Shown here piece after piece: positions 19,995 through 29,162 of a DNA stretch of 53,800 bases. The notes under the pieces are model-generated. The model searched no databases. It was not told the origin of the DNA and was given only the letters and a program-made list of their open reading frames with translations. The translations under genes and the position numbers were made by a program. Numbering within the stretch: position 1 is the stretch's first letter; every line of letters begins with the position of its first letter. Origin of the DNA: an uncultured PS1 clade bacterium (lineage in GTDB: Bacteria > Pseudomonadota > Alphaproteobacteria > MED-G09); contig CACLQD010000001.1 of assembly GCA_902609025.1 (NCBI GenBank), forward strand, positions 1 through 53,800, read 5' to 3'.

Positions 19995-21484
19995 TACGCT
20001 GTATGTTGCTCAATAAATTTATTAGCTGATTTATATATTTTTTCTTTTCTTTCAGGTTTTATTTTATCTAACGATCTTACTACTAATGATAATCTTGGGT
20101 TAGAGTTAAAAAACTGTCTATGGTCATCAATAAATTTCCAATAAAGACCATCTAATGTGTCACACCATTCGTCTTTCTTAAAATTACTCATTTTAAGTAT
20201 ATAATTTGATCCACAAATATATGGTTTTGTTGACATTAATCCTCCATCCGAAAATGTACTCATACCATATACATTAGGACCCATCACCCAATCAGAGGAA
20301 TCAACGGACATTTCCATAAACCAATTATATATTTCTTTAGGATTTACTCTGCTCAAATTCATTATATTTGAAATTACCATTAATCTATTGATATGATGAG
20401 TATATCCATAATTGATACAATCACTAATTGCCTTATCTAGTGGGACGATGCCAGTTGAACCATCATACCAAGAAGATTTGAGCTTTCTCTCATTTGAAAA
20501 AAAATTTGAATTCTCTTGCTCATCACTCTTCAATTCATAAACAACTTTGATGAACTCTCTCCATCCTAAAACTTGCCTAACAAAGCCCTCAAGAGAATTT
20601 AATGGTATTGATTTATCTTTTGCATATTTTATAGCCTCATTTAGAATTTCTTTAGGGAGTAAGAGACCAATATTCATTAAAGGGCTTATAACTGAGTGAA
20701 ATAAAAAAATCTCATCTGAATCTATAGCATCTTCATAATCTCCAAATTTTGAAAATCTTAATTTCAAAAAGTTTTTGAACCATTTTTTTGCTTCTTTTCT
20801 ATTTGTGGGAAGCCATGTTTTTTCTAATTTACCAGGATGATTACTGAAAAGATTTTTTACTAATCCCTGAATGTGTTCAAAGTTATTAGATGCATCTACT
20901 TTTGGTAAATCAATAATTTTAATATCCCTAGGTAATTTCTTTCTATTCTCTTCATCAAAAGACCATTTACCTCCTATTGGTTTACCTTCAACATCAACAA
21001 GAATATTAAATTTTCTTCTCATTTTTTGATAAAATGATGCCATGAACAATCTTTTTTTAGATATAATATCTTCATAATCTTCATGATTTATTAAAAACAT
21101 TGGACTTTTTAAGATCGAATATTTGATTTGATTTTTTTTTAAATAATTTAATAATTCATTTCGAAATAATTTATCTGCAATTTCATAAAACTTAACTTCA
21201 TTAATATCTTGTTCATGAATTACTTTATCTAGTTTTTCTATGTATGTTAAATTTTTGTATTTGTTATCAATTTCTTGATAAAAAACATTATATTTGTTAG
21301 CGGATAATTCATCTCTGTAATCACGCATTGCTGTCAGAAAAAAGGCAATTTTCTGCTTATGATGCTTAACATATGTACATAAACCGATATCCTCAGCCAT
21401 AAAAATATTATTACAACCTATTGTTTTCAATTTGTTGGTGGGAAATAGTTGATTTCCTAAAATAATCAAAAGTTCTTTTTTCAT
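19994..21484 (-). CDS. Cryptochrome/photolyase-family protein of the photolyase-related (COG3046, FeS-BCP/(6-4)-photolyase-like) type
   Basis: 496 aa with LEGFVRQVLGWREF and GYTHHINRLMVISN motifs, typical of the deoxyribodipyrimidine photolyase-related family. ATGA overlap with the upstream photolyase gene. Confidence 0.8.
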   Translation of the reverse strand: MKKELLIILGNQLFPTNKLKTIGCNNIFMAEDIGLCTYVKHHKQKIAFFLTAMRDYRDELSANKYNVFYQEIDNKYKNLTYIEKLDKVIHEQDINEVKFYEIADKLFRNELLNYLKKNQIKYSILKSPMFLINHEDYEDIISKKRLFMASFYQKMRRKFNILVDVEGKPIGGKWSFDEENRKKLPRDIKIIDLPKVDASNNFEHIQGLVKNLFSNHPGKLEKTWLPTNRKEAKKWFKNFLKLRFSKFGDYEDAIDSDEIFLFHSVISPLMNIGLLLPKEILNEAIKYAKDKSIPLNSLEGFVRQVLGWREFIKVVYELKSDEQENSNFFSNERKLKSSWYDGSTGIVPLDKAISDCINYGYTHHINRLMVISNIMNLSRVNPKEIYNWFMEMSVDSSDWVMGPNVYGMSTFSDGGLMSTKPYICGSNYILKMSNFKKDEWCDTLDGLYWKFIDDHRQFFNSNPRLSLVVRSLDKIKPERKEKIYKSANKFIEQHTA

Positions 21485-22887
21485 GATTTATTTTTTATTG
21501 TTTCAAAAGCTTCCAAAGCAATGTTTCTGGATTCCTTGATATCAACAATTGGCAAAGGGTAATCTTTTCCTAATTCTAAATCGGCCTCATTTAAAATATC
21601 CGAAGATGCCTCCCATGGATTAAAAAGATATTTATTTGGTAATTTTGACAATTCTGGAATCCATTTTTTTGTATAAATACCATCTTCGTCAAAATTTTGT
21701 CCTTGGGTTATGGGGTTAAAGATACGAAAGTATGGTGCAGCATCAGCTCCGCTTCCAGCAATCCACTGCCAGCCAGCAGTATTATTAGCCTTATCTGCAT
21801 CAACTAGACAGTTGTTAAACCAAGCATGTCCATAATGCCAATGAATTAATAGATTTTTAACTAAGAAAGATCCGACAACCATTCTTACCCTATTATGCAT
21901 ATAACCTGTTTCCCACAACTCTCTCATACCAGCGTCAATAATTGGATATCCTGTAGAACCTCTCTGCCAAGCCTGTAAATATTCCAAATTATTTGTCCAC
22001 GGAAAATTATCAAATTTCTTATTAAGGTTTTCTTTTTCAATAAACGGGAAGTGATAAAGTAAATAATAAGAGAACTCTCTCCATCCTAATTCACTACAAA
22101 AATGATCTATATTCCTATCTTCTTTTAGTGACCTAGCAGCATACCAGATCTGATTAGGAGATATCTCTCCAAACCTAATATGAGGTGATAACCTAGAGAC
22201 ATTTTTTTTAGAAGGAAAATTTCTTCCATCTTTATAATCTTCGATGCCATCTTCGAGAAATAAAGATAGTTTTTTTTGAGCTGCTTTTTCGCCTATATCC
22301 CAATGTTCATTAAGTTTATCATACCAGTTAAAACCATTTATAAGATTTAAGGATTTAATACCCTTTGAACCATTAATTTTAAAATAATTAATCTGATTTG
22401 GTTGGGGTAATGGAAATCTTGGTTCCTTTTGATTCAAGCAACCCTTTCTATAAAATGGAGAAAATACTCTATAAGGGGATCCGTCTGGCTTTGCAACTTG
22501 CCATGGCTCCCATAAAAGTAATGAATTAAATGTTTTAACTTCAATATTATTTTCTTCTAAATATAATTTTAGATCTTTATCTCTTTGAATAGAGTATGGG
22601 TCATATGATCGATTCCAATAAACACCTTGAATATCATTTTCTGAAATAATTGAAGTAATAATGTCTTTATAATTGCCCTTAAAAAAATAAAGATTGTTAT
22701 CTAGAGATTTTTTTAATTTTTCTAATGATTTTTGTAACCACCAGTTTTGAGCAGAATCAGTATGTAAGTCAGATTCATCAACAATATAAATTGGAACAAT
22801 ATGACCAGCCTTAGATGCTTCTGTAAACGATGGATTATCAGATAGGCGAAGATCATTCTTAAATATGTGAATAATTCTCTTTGTCAT
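21481..22887 (-). CDS. phrB: Deoxyribodipyrimidine (CPD) photolyase, class I type
   Basis: TGYPIIDAGMRELWETGYMHNRVRMVVGSFLVKNL...GWQWIAGSGADAAPYFRIFNP is the canonical FAD-binding domain of DNA photolyase. Confidence 0.9.
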   Translation of the reverse strand: MTKRIIHIFKNDLRLSDNPSFTEASKAGHIVPIYIVDESDLHTDSAQNWWLQKSLEKLKKSLDNNLYFFKGNYKDIITSIISENDIQGVYWNRSYDPYSIQRDKDLKLYLEENNIEVKTFNSLLLWEPWQVAKPDGSPYRVFSPFYRKGCLNQKEPRFPLPQPNQINYFKINGSKGIKSLNLINGFNWYDKLNEHWDIGEKAAQKKLSLFLEDGIEDYKDGRNFPSKKNVSRLSPHIRFGEISPNQIWYAARSLKEDRNIDHFCSELGWREFSYYLLYHFPFIEKENLNKKFDNFPWTNNLEYLQAWQRGSTGYPIIDAGMRELWETGYMHNRVRMVVGSFLVKNLLIHWHYGHAWFNNCLVDADKANNTAGWQWIAGSGADAAPYFRIFNPITQGQNFDEDGIYTKKWIPELSKLPNKYLFNPWEASSDILNEADLELGKDYPLPIVDIKESRNIALEAFETIKNKS

Positions 22888-23597
22888 GCAGTAATTTCCT
22901 TACCCTCCCAATCAAAAATCTTACCAGTGTCTTGAGGAGTTGTGCTATCTATAACTTTTGTTAAGTAATTAATGGACTGGGATGGTGTAAAAATCTTTCC
23001 TTTAGGTGTTCCTCCCTGAAAAGGTTTTGATAAATTTGTATCGACAGTCCCTGGGTGAAGGCCTATTAATTTTGCAGTCTTATCCTTTCTTGCCAATTCA
23101 ATTGCTGCAGTCTTAATTATCATATTAAGAGCCGCCTTTGAGGCTCTATAGGCATACCAACCTCCAATTCTATTATCAGATATACTACCTACTCTTGCAG
23201 ATAAAATACCAATTAAGGCATTTTCATTCCTTCTAATAATAGGAAAAAAAACCTTGAGAAGTAAAGCTGGTGCAAAAGCATTTACACTAAATATTTTTTG
23301 AAAATTATCTAAATCTATGGATGATATTGTTTTTTCAGGTTGTAGATCATCATCATGAAGAACTCCAGATGCGATAATAACTTTATCTAAACTATTTTTT
23401 GGAATAAAGGATGAAAGCTTCACATAATCATTTTTATTAGTGAGATTTAGATCTAGATTGACAATTTTTTTATCTTCAACATTATTTTTAGATCTAGAAA
23501 TAGAATACACTTTATCTGTAGTATTATCTGATACATAATATTCTAAGAAAGCTTTTCCGATAGAGCCAGTTGTTCCAATTATTGCTACATTTTGCAT
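22884..23597 (-). CDS. Short-chain dehydrogenase/reductase (SDR) family oxidoreductase
   Basis: N-terminal GTTGSIG dinucleotide motif and the YRASKAALN catalytic motif. ATGA overlap with the photolyase gene. Confidence 0.8.
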   Translation of the reverse strand: MQNVAIIGTTGSIGKAFLEYYVSDNTTDKVYSISRSKNNVEDKKIVNLDLNLTNKNDYVKLSSFIPKNSLDKVIIASGVLHDDDLQPEKTISSIDLDNFQKIFSVNAFAPALLLKVFFPIIRRNENALIGILSARVGSISDNRIGGWYAYRASKAALNMIIKTAAIELARKDKTAKLIGLHPGTVDTNLSKPFQGGTPKGKIFTPSQSINYLTKVIDSTTPQDTGKIFDWEGKEITA

Positions 23598-23618
23598 TGA
23601 AGGACCTTGAATAATCTA

Positions 23619-23648
23619 TTTATATGGTAGTAAAAATTATTAAATCAA
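23619..23648 (-). promoter_or_regulatory. Candidate sigma70-type promoter for the SDR-photolyase-SelO operon
   Basis: On the minus strand: TTGATT (23643-23648), an 18-nt spacer, then TATAAA (23619-23624). This lies about 20 nt upstream of the SDR ATG, in the only 56-bp gap available. Hexamers like these are common in AT-rich DNA, so this is tentative. Confidence 0.3.
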
Positions 23649-23653
23649 GTATC

Positions 23654-24832
23654 TTAATTATTCTCTAAAAGTACGAGCATCATAGAATCAGCAAGGTTTT
23701 TTGATGAGTTAATTATAGTTTCTCTATCAGTGTTATCGCCAACCTCAAATGTAATTGCAGGTATGCCATATAAAGAATTAAAATAATTTTTTGCTACTCC
23801 ATTATTGATATTTTTTGTAGGCTTAATTTCAAATTTATAATTACTTTTATTGGATAAATTTTTTAAAAGCCAAGCTTGAGCAAAATTATATCCGTCAGTC
23901 TCTAATTCATCCTGAATATAAAAAATATTTTCAAATGTAGAGTGAAAATCAATCATAAGAACAATTTTATTATGGTTTAAAATTTTTCTTATATCGTTAT
24001 AGATTATTGAAGTTTCTATTTGTGAAAAAAAACCCCAGTCTCTATTCAAATCTTTCTTTCTTAAATTATGCCTCCAATGGCCTAAATCTACTCCATCCGG
24101 ATTCACTAAGGGATAGCTTATAACATTATAATTATTCAAAAAATCATTCGATAGAGCATTATCATCCAATATTTGCTCGATAAAAGCTTTTAAAGCAAAA
24201 GCACCAGTAATTTCTGGAGGATGTTGTCTGCCAATTAAAAAAATATATGGATTTTCTAAATCATTTCCTATTAAGATTTTATTAATTGAACGACCTCCTG
24301 AAGTACTACCTAATTCAGATATAGTAACATTCTTAATATCTCTTATTATTTTATACCAAGTCTCATACCACGCAGATGATAATATTTCCTGAGCAGAAAT
24401 ATATGTATAGTCATTATTAGCCTTAAAAGTTAAAATAACTTTTTTGCCATTATCCTCTATCTTAATATTATCCATGTCGATTTTTTTCCAATTAATAAGG
24501 TCATTGCTTACCTTAGGATGGTATCTGTGCTCAAATTTTTCATATAACAATTCTATATAAATTTCTTCCTTATGAGCTGACTTTCTAAAGGCAAACCAAG
24601 GGCTTGGATTAATAACAGAGTTATCTTCTGGGCTTAAATATAATCTAATTGAATTTTTTTCTAAAACTTCGCATTTTGAAAAATTTGATGATAAGAATTC
24701 GCGATCAATTCTGAAAATTTCTGTTTCACAATTCGATGGAGTTGCATTTAATGCGGTGAATAAGAATATTACCAAAATAGGTAAAATGTTAACAAAATAT
24801 TTAAGTACTGAATAATTTTGAACTATTTTCAT
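23654..24832 (-). CDS. M14-family zinc carboxypeptidase with N-terminal extension, secreted or periplasmic
   Basis: Zinc and catalytic motifs GRQHPPEITG (HxxE), NPDG, LNRDW, DFHS and TFEVG. Hydrophobic signal-like N-terminus (ILPILVIFLFTALNA). About 170 aa precede the catalytic domain. Confidence 0.8.
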   Translation of the reverse strand: MKIVQNYSVLKYFVNILPILVIFLFTALNATPSNCETEIFRIDREFLSSNFSKCEVLEKNSIRLYLSPEDNSVINPSPWFAFRKSAHKEEIYIELLYEKFEHRYHPKVSNDLINWKKIDMDNIKIEDNGKKVILTFKANNDYTYISAQEILSSAWYETWYKIIRDIKNVTISELGSTSGGRSINKILIGNDLENPYIFLIGRQHPPEITGAFALKAFIEQILDDNALSNDFLNNYNVISYPLVNPDGVDLGHWRHNLRKKDLNRDWGFFSQIETSIIYNDIRKILNHNKIVLMIDFHSTFENIFYIQDELETDGYNFAQAWLLKNLSNKSNYKFEIKPTKNINNGVAKNYFNSLYGIPAITFEVGDNTDRETIINSSKNLADSMMLVLLENN

Positions 24833-24834
24833 CT

Positions 24835-27800
24835 CTAGAAGTCATATTTGATATCAAAATAATAGTATCTACCTAAATTATCATGTAAATCAAAATAGTA
24901 ACCAAAGATATCAGATGAAAGAGGTGCTCTTTCATCAAAAATATTATTAATACCAAATCTCAATCTTGTCTGATTTGAATTTCTGTTAATTGTATAATCT
25001 AAATATCCGCTGACTTTATTATATTCATCAATTGTCCAGTACTCGCCATCTTTGGCTCTAACACGAGTTTGAACAAAATCACCAGTATGTTTTAAAAATA
25101 AGCCAGCACCCCAATTATTTAATTGCCATAAAAGTTTTAAATTTGCTTGAATTTCAGGAGATCCATCTTTTTTTAATAAATCAGAAAAGCCTTGAATTGA
25201 AAATTCTGAAGGAATAAGTCCTTGCTGCTGAGCTTCTAATAACTCAGATACATCTGGACCAGCTTTTTGAATAAATTTGTCAATCTTAGTAGCATTAACA
25301 GATATATTAAAGAATCCAAATCTAGATGAAAAATTATAATCAATACCCAAATCAAAGCCACTAATAATTCTAGTATCTAAGTTTCGATAAAAATCTTCTA
25401 CCCTTGTTATCGATCCAACTGGACATAATCCCACATTCAAGAAAGATTCTGCCTCAGATGGATCAATGCTTTCTCTAATTACATTTTCATTAAATTTAAC
25501 ATTTGAGCAATTATTTATATCATTACTATTTAAGCGTAAGATCAGGTCTGATAAGATTAGATTATTTTCTCCAAATAAACCTATAGTATCTTCTTTTTCA
25601 ATTTCCCACCAATCAAGAGAGAAGTTTAAATTTTTTATAAAACTAGGGCTATAAATCAATCCTATTGAAGTATTTGTCGAATTCTCAGGCTTAAGTTTCT
25701 TACTACCTTGGGCTACTCTTTGAATAGAATAATCGCAGTCATCAATTTGACCTTGGGATCTTATCTGTTGAAGACATAAATATGCGTCATCTCTAGATAA
25801 CTGTCTTGATACAATACTTTCATTTATTTGTATTAAATTAGGAACTCTAAAACCCTTTGATAAACTACCTCTTATAAATAAATCCTTAGTAACTTCCCAT
25901 CCAATAGCTATTTTTGGTACGGATTTTGAACCTATATCTGAGAAATTCTCATACCTACCAGCAATTTGTAAATTTAATGACCTTATTAAGGATATATTCA
26001 TTTCCTCAGATACAAGAGGTACTAAAAATTCTGTATAAACAGAAAATACATCCCTTTTTCCAGAATTATCAGGTGTAGGACTAGAATTCATAACATCACT
26101 GACAAAAGGAAATGTATCACCATCTTTATCTGTATATTTTATAGTGCCATCTAATCTTGGATCCCTGTCATCTTCAAATTTATCTGATCTAAATTCTAAA
26201 CCACCCGCAAAAGAAACCTGTCCTGATCTCAAAGAAAAAATAGAATTATTAATAATTTTAAAATCAACACTATTAAGCTCTCTTTCCCCTTTTCTATAAA
26301 CATCAATAATCGCATTTTCTATTGCAGAATCTCTACTTGGGGTTCCGTCTTTTCCAGTTGAAATATAATTTATATAATTACCACCTCCGTTGAATGGGTT
26401 ATAAGCATTAGGGCTTGATAAAGCTAATGCTCTTTCAACAAGTGTATTTGATAACCTATTTGAAGTAATATCATCTGTATTAGCTTTTGAACTAAATACT
26501 GCAGTTTCCCAATTCCAATTTCTAAATTCACCCTTTAGTCCAAGAAGAATTCTATATGTATCCTTTTCAACATTTACTACTCTAGGACCTATATCAACAT
26601 ATCTATACCAATCAATAAGAATTGGTAAACCTTCATCGGGTATGCTCTGAGAAATATCCTGACCAGAAATATCATATGCGATACGATTTGGATTATTAGT
26701 GCCATCAGGAAAAGTGAGTGGACCAAAGGGATTCCAATAGTTATTCTCTGGAACAATTATTCTAGATGTAGAAAAAGCTGATGATGGACTGTTATTCTGG
26801 GTTGTATCAGATTTATAATAAAGAAAGTCTGAAAAAAAACTTAGATTTTCATTTAAATCATAATCAAATGATATAGAAAGATTGTCTCTTTTAAGTTTAG
26901 AATAAATCCATCTTTCTGAATTCATATTATATCTTTTTGTGGCTGTATCAGGTGCAACACAAGAATCATCGCTAAGTTTAACTCTACATTGTGTATCGCC
27001 TGCAGGAAAAATTTCAAATTCACCTGCACTATCAGTCAGGTTGTAAAAGTTGAAAAATTCATAATTGCTCACATTTGGTATGACATCAAACTGACCATAG
27101 GGTGAGTTCGTTGAATCTCTTCGAAATCTTGTGCTATCCCATTTTGTTCCAGAAATTTCGGGAAAATTACGCCAATCCGAAACGCCCATTCTTTCGTCTT
27201 CACTAGCTCTTATGGGATCTCTGTCATATAAACTATAAAAAAGAGTAAGCTGACCTCTTCCTCCATTTACTTCTGAACCGTATTTGAATATGAACCTGTT
27301 GTCAGATCGAGCAAAATTTTCAAACTCTGAATATTTAGCACTTACAGAAAAACCTTCATAGTCTCTATCGAGAACAGTATTTACTACTCCGGCAACAGCA
27401 TCAGCTCCATATATCGCAGATGCACCATCCCTCAAAATCTCAAGTCTTTCAATGCCACCTATTGGAAGAGTATTTGTGTTTACTGAATTTACTGGAATAA
27501 AACTTCCGCCTACAGATTCTGATTGAAAACCTGGAGAGTTAATCATTCTTCTTCCATTTAATAATACCAAGGTATTACCGGTCCCTAAATTTCTAAGGTT
27601 ATACGCACCAATATCTCCTCTTGCACTATTTACGCCGGCAATAGCATTTCCTGCATCGTTAAATTTATTTGTACCTTGCTGAATTATACTTCTAAGTAAT
27701 TCATCACCAGAATCAATTCCCAAAAGATCAATTGTCTCAGAATCGATATATGTCGCTGGCAATAGATTATTTATATTTTTATCAGATAACCTTGAACCAA

Positions 27801-27906
27801 TAACAATAACTTCTTCAATTTCTTCAGTTTGGTTATTCTGTGATAAAGCATTGTCTTGAGATAAGACTAGAATGAAAGCTATTATGATATATCTATGTAT
27901 GGGCAT
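24835..27906 (-). CDS. TonB-dependent receptor, large (1023 aa)
   Basis: Signal peptide, plug EEVIVIGSRL...LEILRDGASAIYGADAVAGVVN, a long barrel and a C-terminal ...FDIKYDF. It ends 2 nt before the M14 gene start. Confidence 0.9.
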   Translation of the reverse strand: MPIHRYIIIAFILVLSQDNALSQNNQTEEIEEVIVIGSRLSDKNINNLLPATYIDSETIDLLGIDSGDELLRSIIQQGTNKFNDAGNAIAGVNSARGDIGAYNLRNLGTGNTLVLLNGRRMINSPGFQSESVGGSFIPVNSVNTNTLPIGGIERLEILRDGASAIYGADAVAGVVNTVLDRDYEGFSVSAKYSEFENFARSDNRFIFKYGSEVNGGRGQLTLFYSLYDRDPIRASEDERMGVSDWRNFPEISGTKWDSTRFRRDSTNSPYGQFDVIPNVSNYEFFNFYNLTDSAGEFEIFPAGDTQCRVKLSDDSCVAPDTATKRYNMNSERWIYSKLKRDNLSISFDYDLNENLSFFSDFLYYKSDTTQNNSPSSAFSTSRIIVPENNYWNPFGPLTFPDGTNNPNRIAYDISGQDISQSIPDEGLPILIDWYRYVDIGPRVVNVEKDTYRILLGLKGEFRNWNWETAVFSSKANTDDITSNRLSNTLVERALALSSPNAYNPFNGGGNYINYISTGKDGTPSRDSAIENAIIDVYRKGERELNSVDFKIINNSIFSLRSGQVSFAGGLEFRSDKFEDDRDPRLDGTIKYTDKDGDTFPFVSDVMNSSPTPDNSGKRDVFSVYTEFLVPLVSEEMNISLIRSLNLQIAGRYENFSDIGSKSVPKIAIGWEVTKDLFIRGSLSKGFRVPNLIQINESIVSRQLSRDDAYLCLQQIRSQGQIDDCDYSIQRVAQGSKKLKPENSTNTSIGLIYSPSFIKNLNFSLDWWEIEKEDTIGLFGENNLILSDLILRLNSNDINNCSNVKFNENVIRESIDPSEAESFLNVGLCPVGSITRVEDFYRNLDTRIISGFDLGIDYNFSSRFGFFNISVNATKIDKFIQKAGPDVSELLEAQQQGLIPSEFSIQGFSDLLKKDGSPEIQANLKLLWQLNNWGAGLFLKHTGDFVQTRVRAKDGEYWTIDEYNKVSGYLDYTINRNSNQTRLRFGINNIFDERAPLSSDIFGYYFDLHDNLGRYYYFDIKYDF

Positions 27907-28028
27907 ATTCTCTTTAATTAAGTGAAGTAAAAGTTTAACAATTAAATAAAGTAAATTTAGAAATAAAACTAGTCATATTAGATAATTTTTTAAGTGTATA
28001 TTTGATATTATTATTTTATAAAAAAATT

Positions 28029-29162
28029 ATGAAATTTGAAGATTATCTGAACAAAATTAAGACTTTTACTGATGACATTCTCATTCCTAATGAAGAACAA
28101 TTAGAAAATGATGGAGAAGTATCAACCTCAATCATGGAAAAGATTATAGAAAATGATCTTTTTGGTATTTCCATTCCAAAAAATTATGGTGGCCTAGGTT
28201 TAAGTATGAAAGAGCAAATTTTACTTACATTCGAATTTACAAGAGCCTCAGCAGTCTACAGATCACGTTTTTCTACAACAATAGGTCTTTGCTCACAGGC
28301 TTTACTTGATTTTGGAACTGATCAACAAAAAGATAAATATTTACCCTTAATGGCATCTGGAAAGACAGTTGGATCATTTGCTCTAACAGAGCCTAATGCC
28401 GGGAGCGATGCTTTATCGCTCGAAACATCTGCAAAAAAAGATGGGGAAGAATATATTATTAATGGAACAAAAAAATATATAACCAATGCTCCTTATGCTG
28501 ATGTTTTTCTAGTAATGGCAAAAACTAATCCTGATATTGATGGCTCTAAAGGGATATCTTCATTTCTTGTAGATTCAAATTTAAGCGGGATTGAAATAGG
28601 TGAAACTCCTAAAATGCTGGGACAAAAAGGTTCAGTATCTCCTGAAGTTTACTTTAAGAATTGTAGGGTAAATAAAGATGCATTACTTGGAGAAAAGGAA
28701 GGCGGAGGCCTCAAACCTGCTCTTAGAGGTATTAATCATGCTAGATTACATGTAGCAGGAACATGTGTCGGACAGGCAAAAAGACTCATTAAAGAGTCTA
28801 TTTTATTTGCAAATAATAGAATTCAATTTAATAAACCAATTTCTCAAATGGCATCTGTACAAAATCTAATTTCTGACAGTTATTCAGAAATGTTAGCTGC
28901 CGAGGCACTAACTCTTAGTGCAGCAAAAAAATTTGATAAAGGGACTATTCCCGAAACCGAAATATCATCAGCAAAATATTATGCTTCTGAAATGGTTTCT
29001 AAAGTTGCAGATCGATCATTGCAAATTATGGGTGGTGCAGGTTATCTAGAGGATAATGTTATTACAAGGTTTTATAGAGATACGAGATTGTTTAGACTTT
29101 ACGAAGGAACTTCTCAAATTCAACAAAGAAATATAGCCAGAAAGATTATTAAAGAAATATGA
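28029..29162 (+). CDS. Acyl-CoA dehydrogenase family protein
   Basis: FALTEPNAGSD, a catalytic-base region YEGTSQIQ, and about 377 aa counted from ATG 28029. The track start is TTG 28002. Confidence 0.85.
   Translation: MKFEDYLNKIKTFTDDILIPNEEQLENDGEVSTSIMEKIIENDLFGISIPKNYGGLGLSMKEQILLTFEFTRASAVYRSRFSTTIGLCSQALLDFGTDQQKDKYLPLMASGKTVGSFALTEPNAGSDALSLETSAKKDGEEYIINGTKKYITNAPYADVFLVMAKTNPDIDGSKGISSFLVDSNLSGIEIGETPKMLGQKGSVSPEVYFKNCRVNKDALLGEKEGGGLKPALRGINHARLHVAGTCVGQAKRLIKESILFANNRIQFNKPISQMASVQNLISDSYSEMLAAEALTLSAAKKFDKGTIPETEISSAKYYASEMVSKVADRSLQIMGGAGYLEDNVITRFYRDTRLFRLYEGTSQIQQRNIARKIIKEI

Noticed and set aside
19866-20144. Track ORF of 92 aa on the plus strand
   Set aside because: It is the antisense shadow of the DUF2256 ORF and the 3' end of the photolyase-related gene. 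It has no motifs and its TTG start has no SD.
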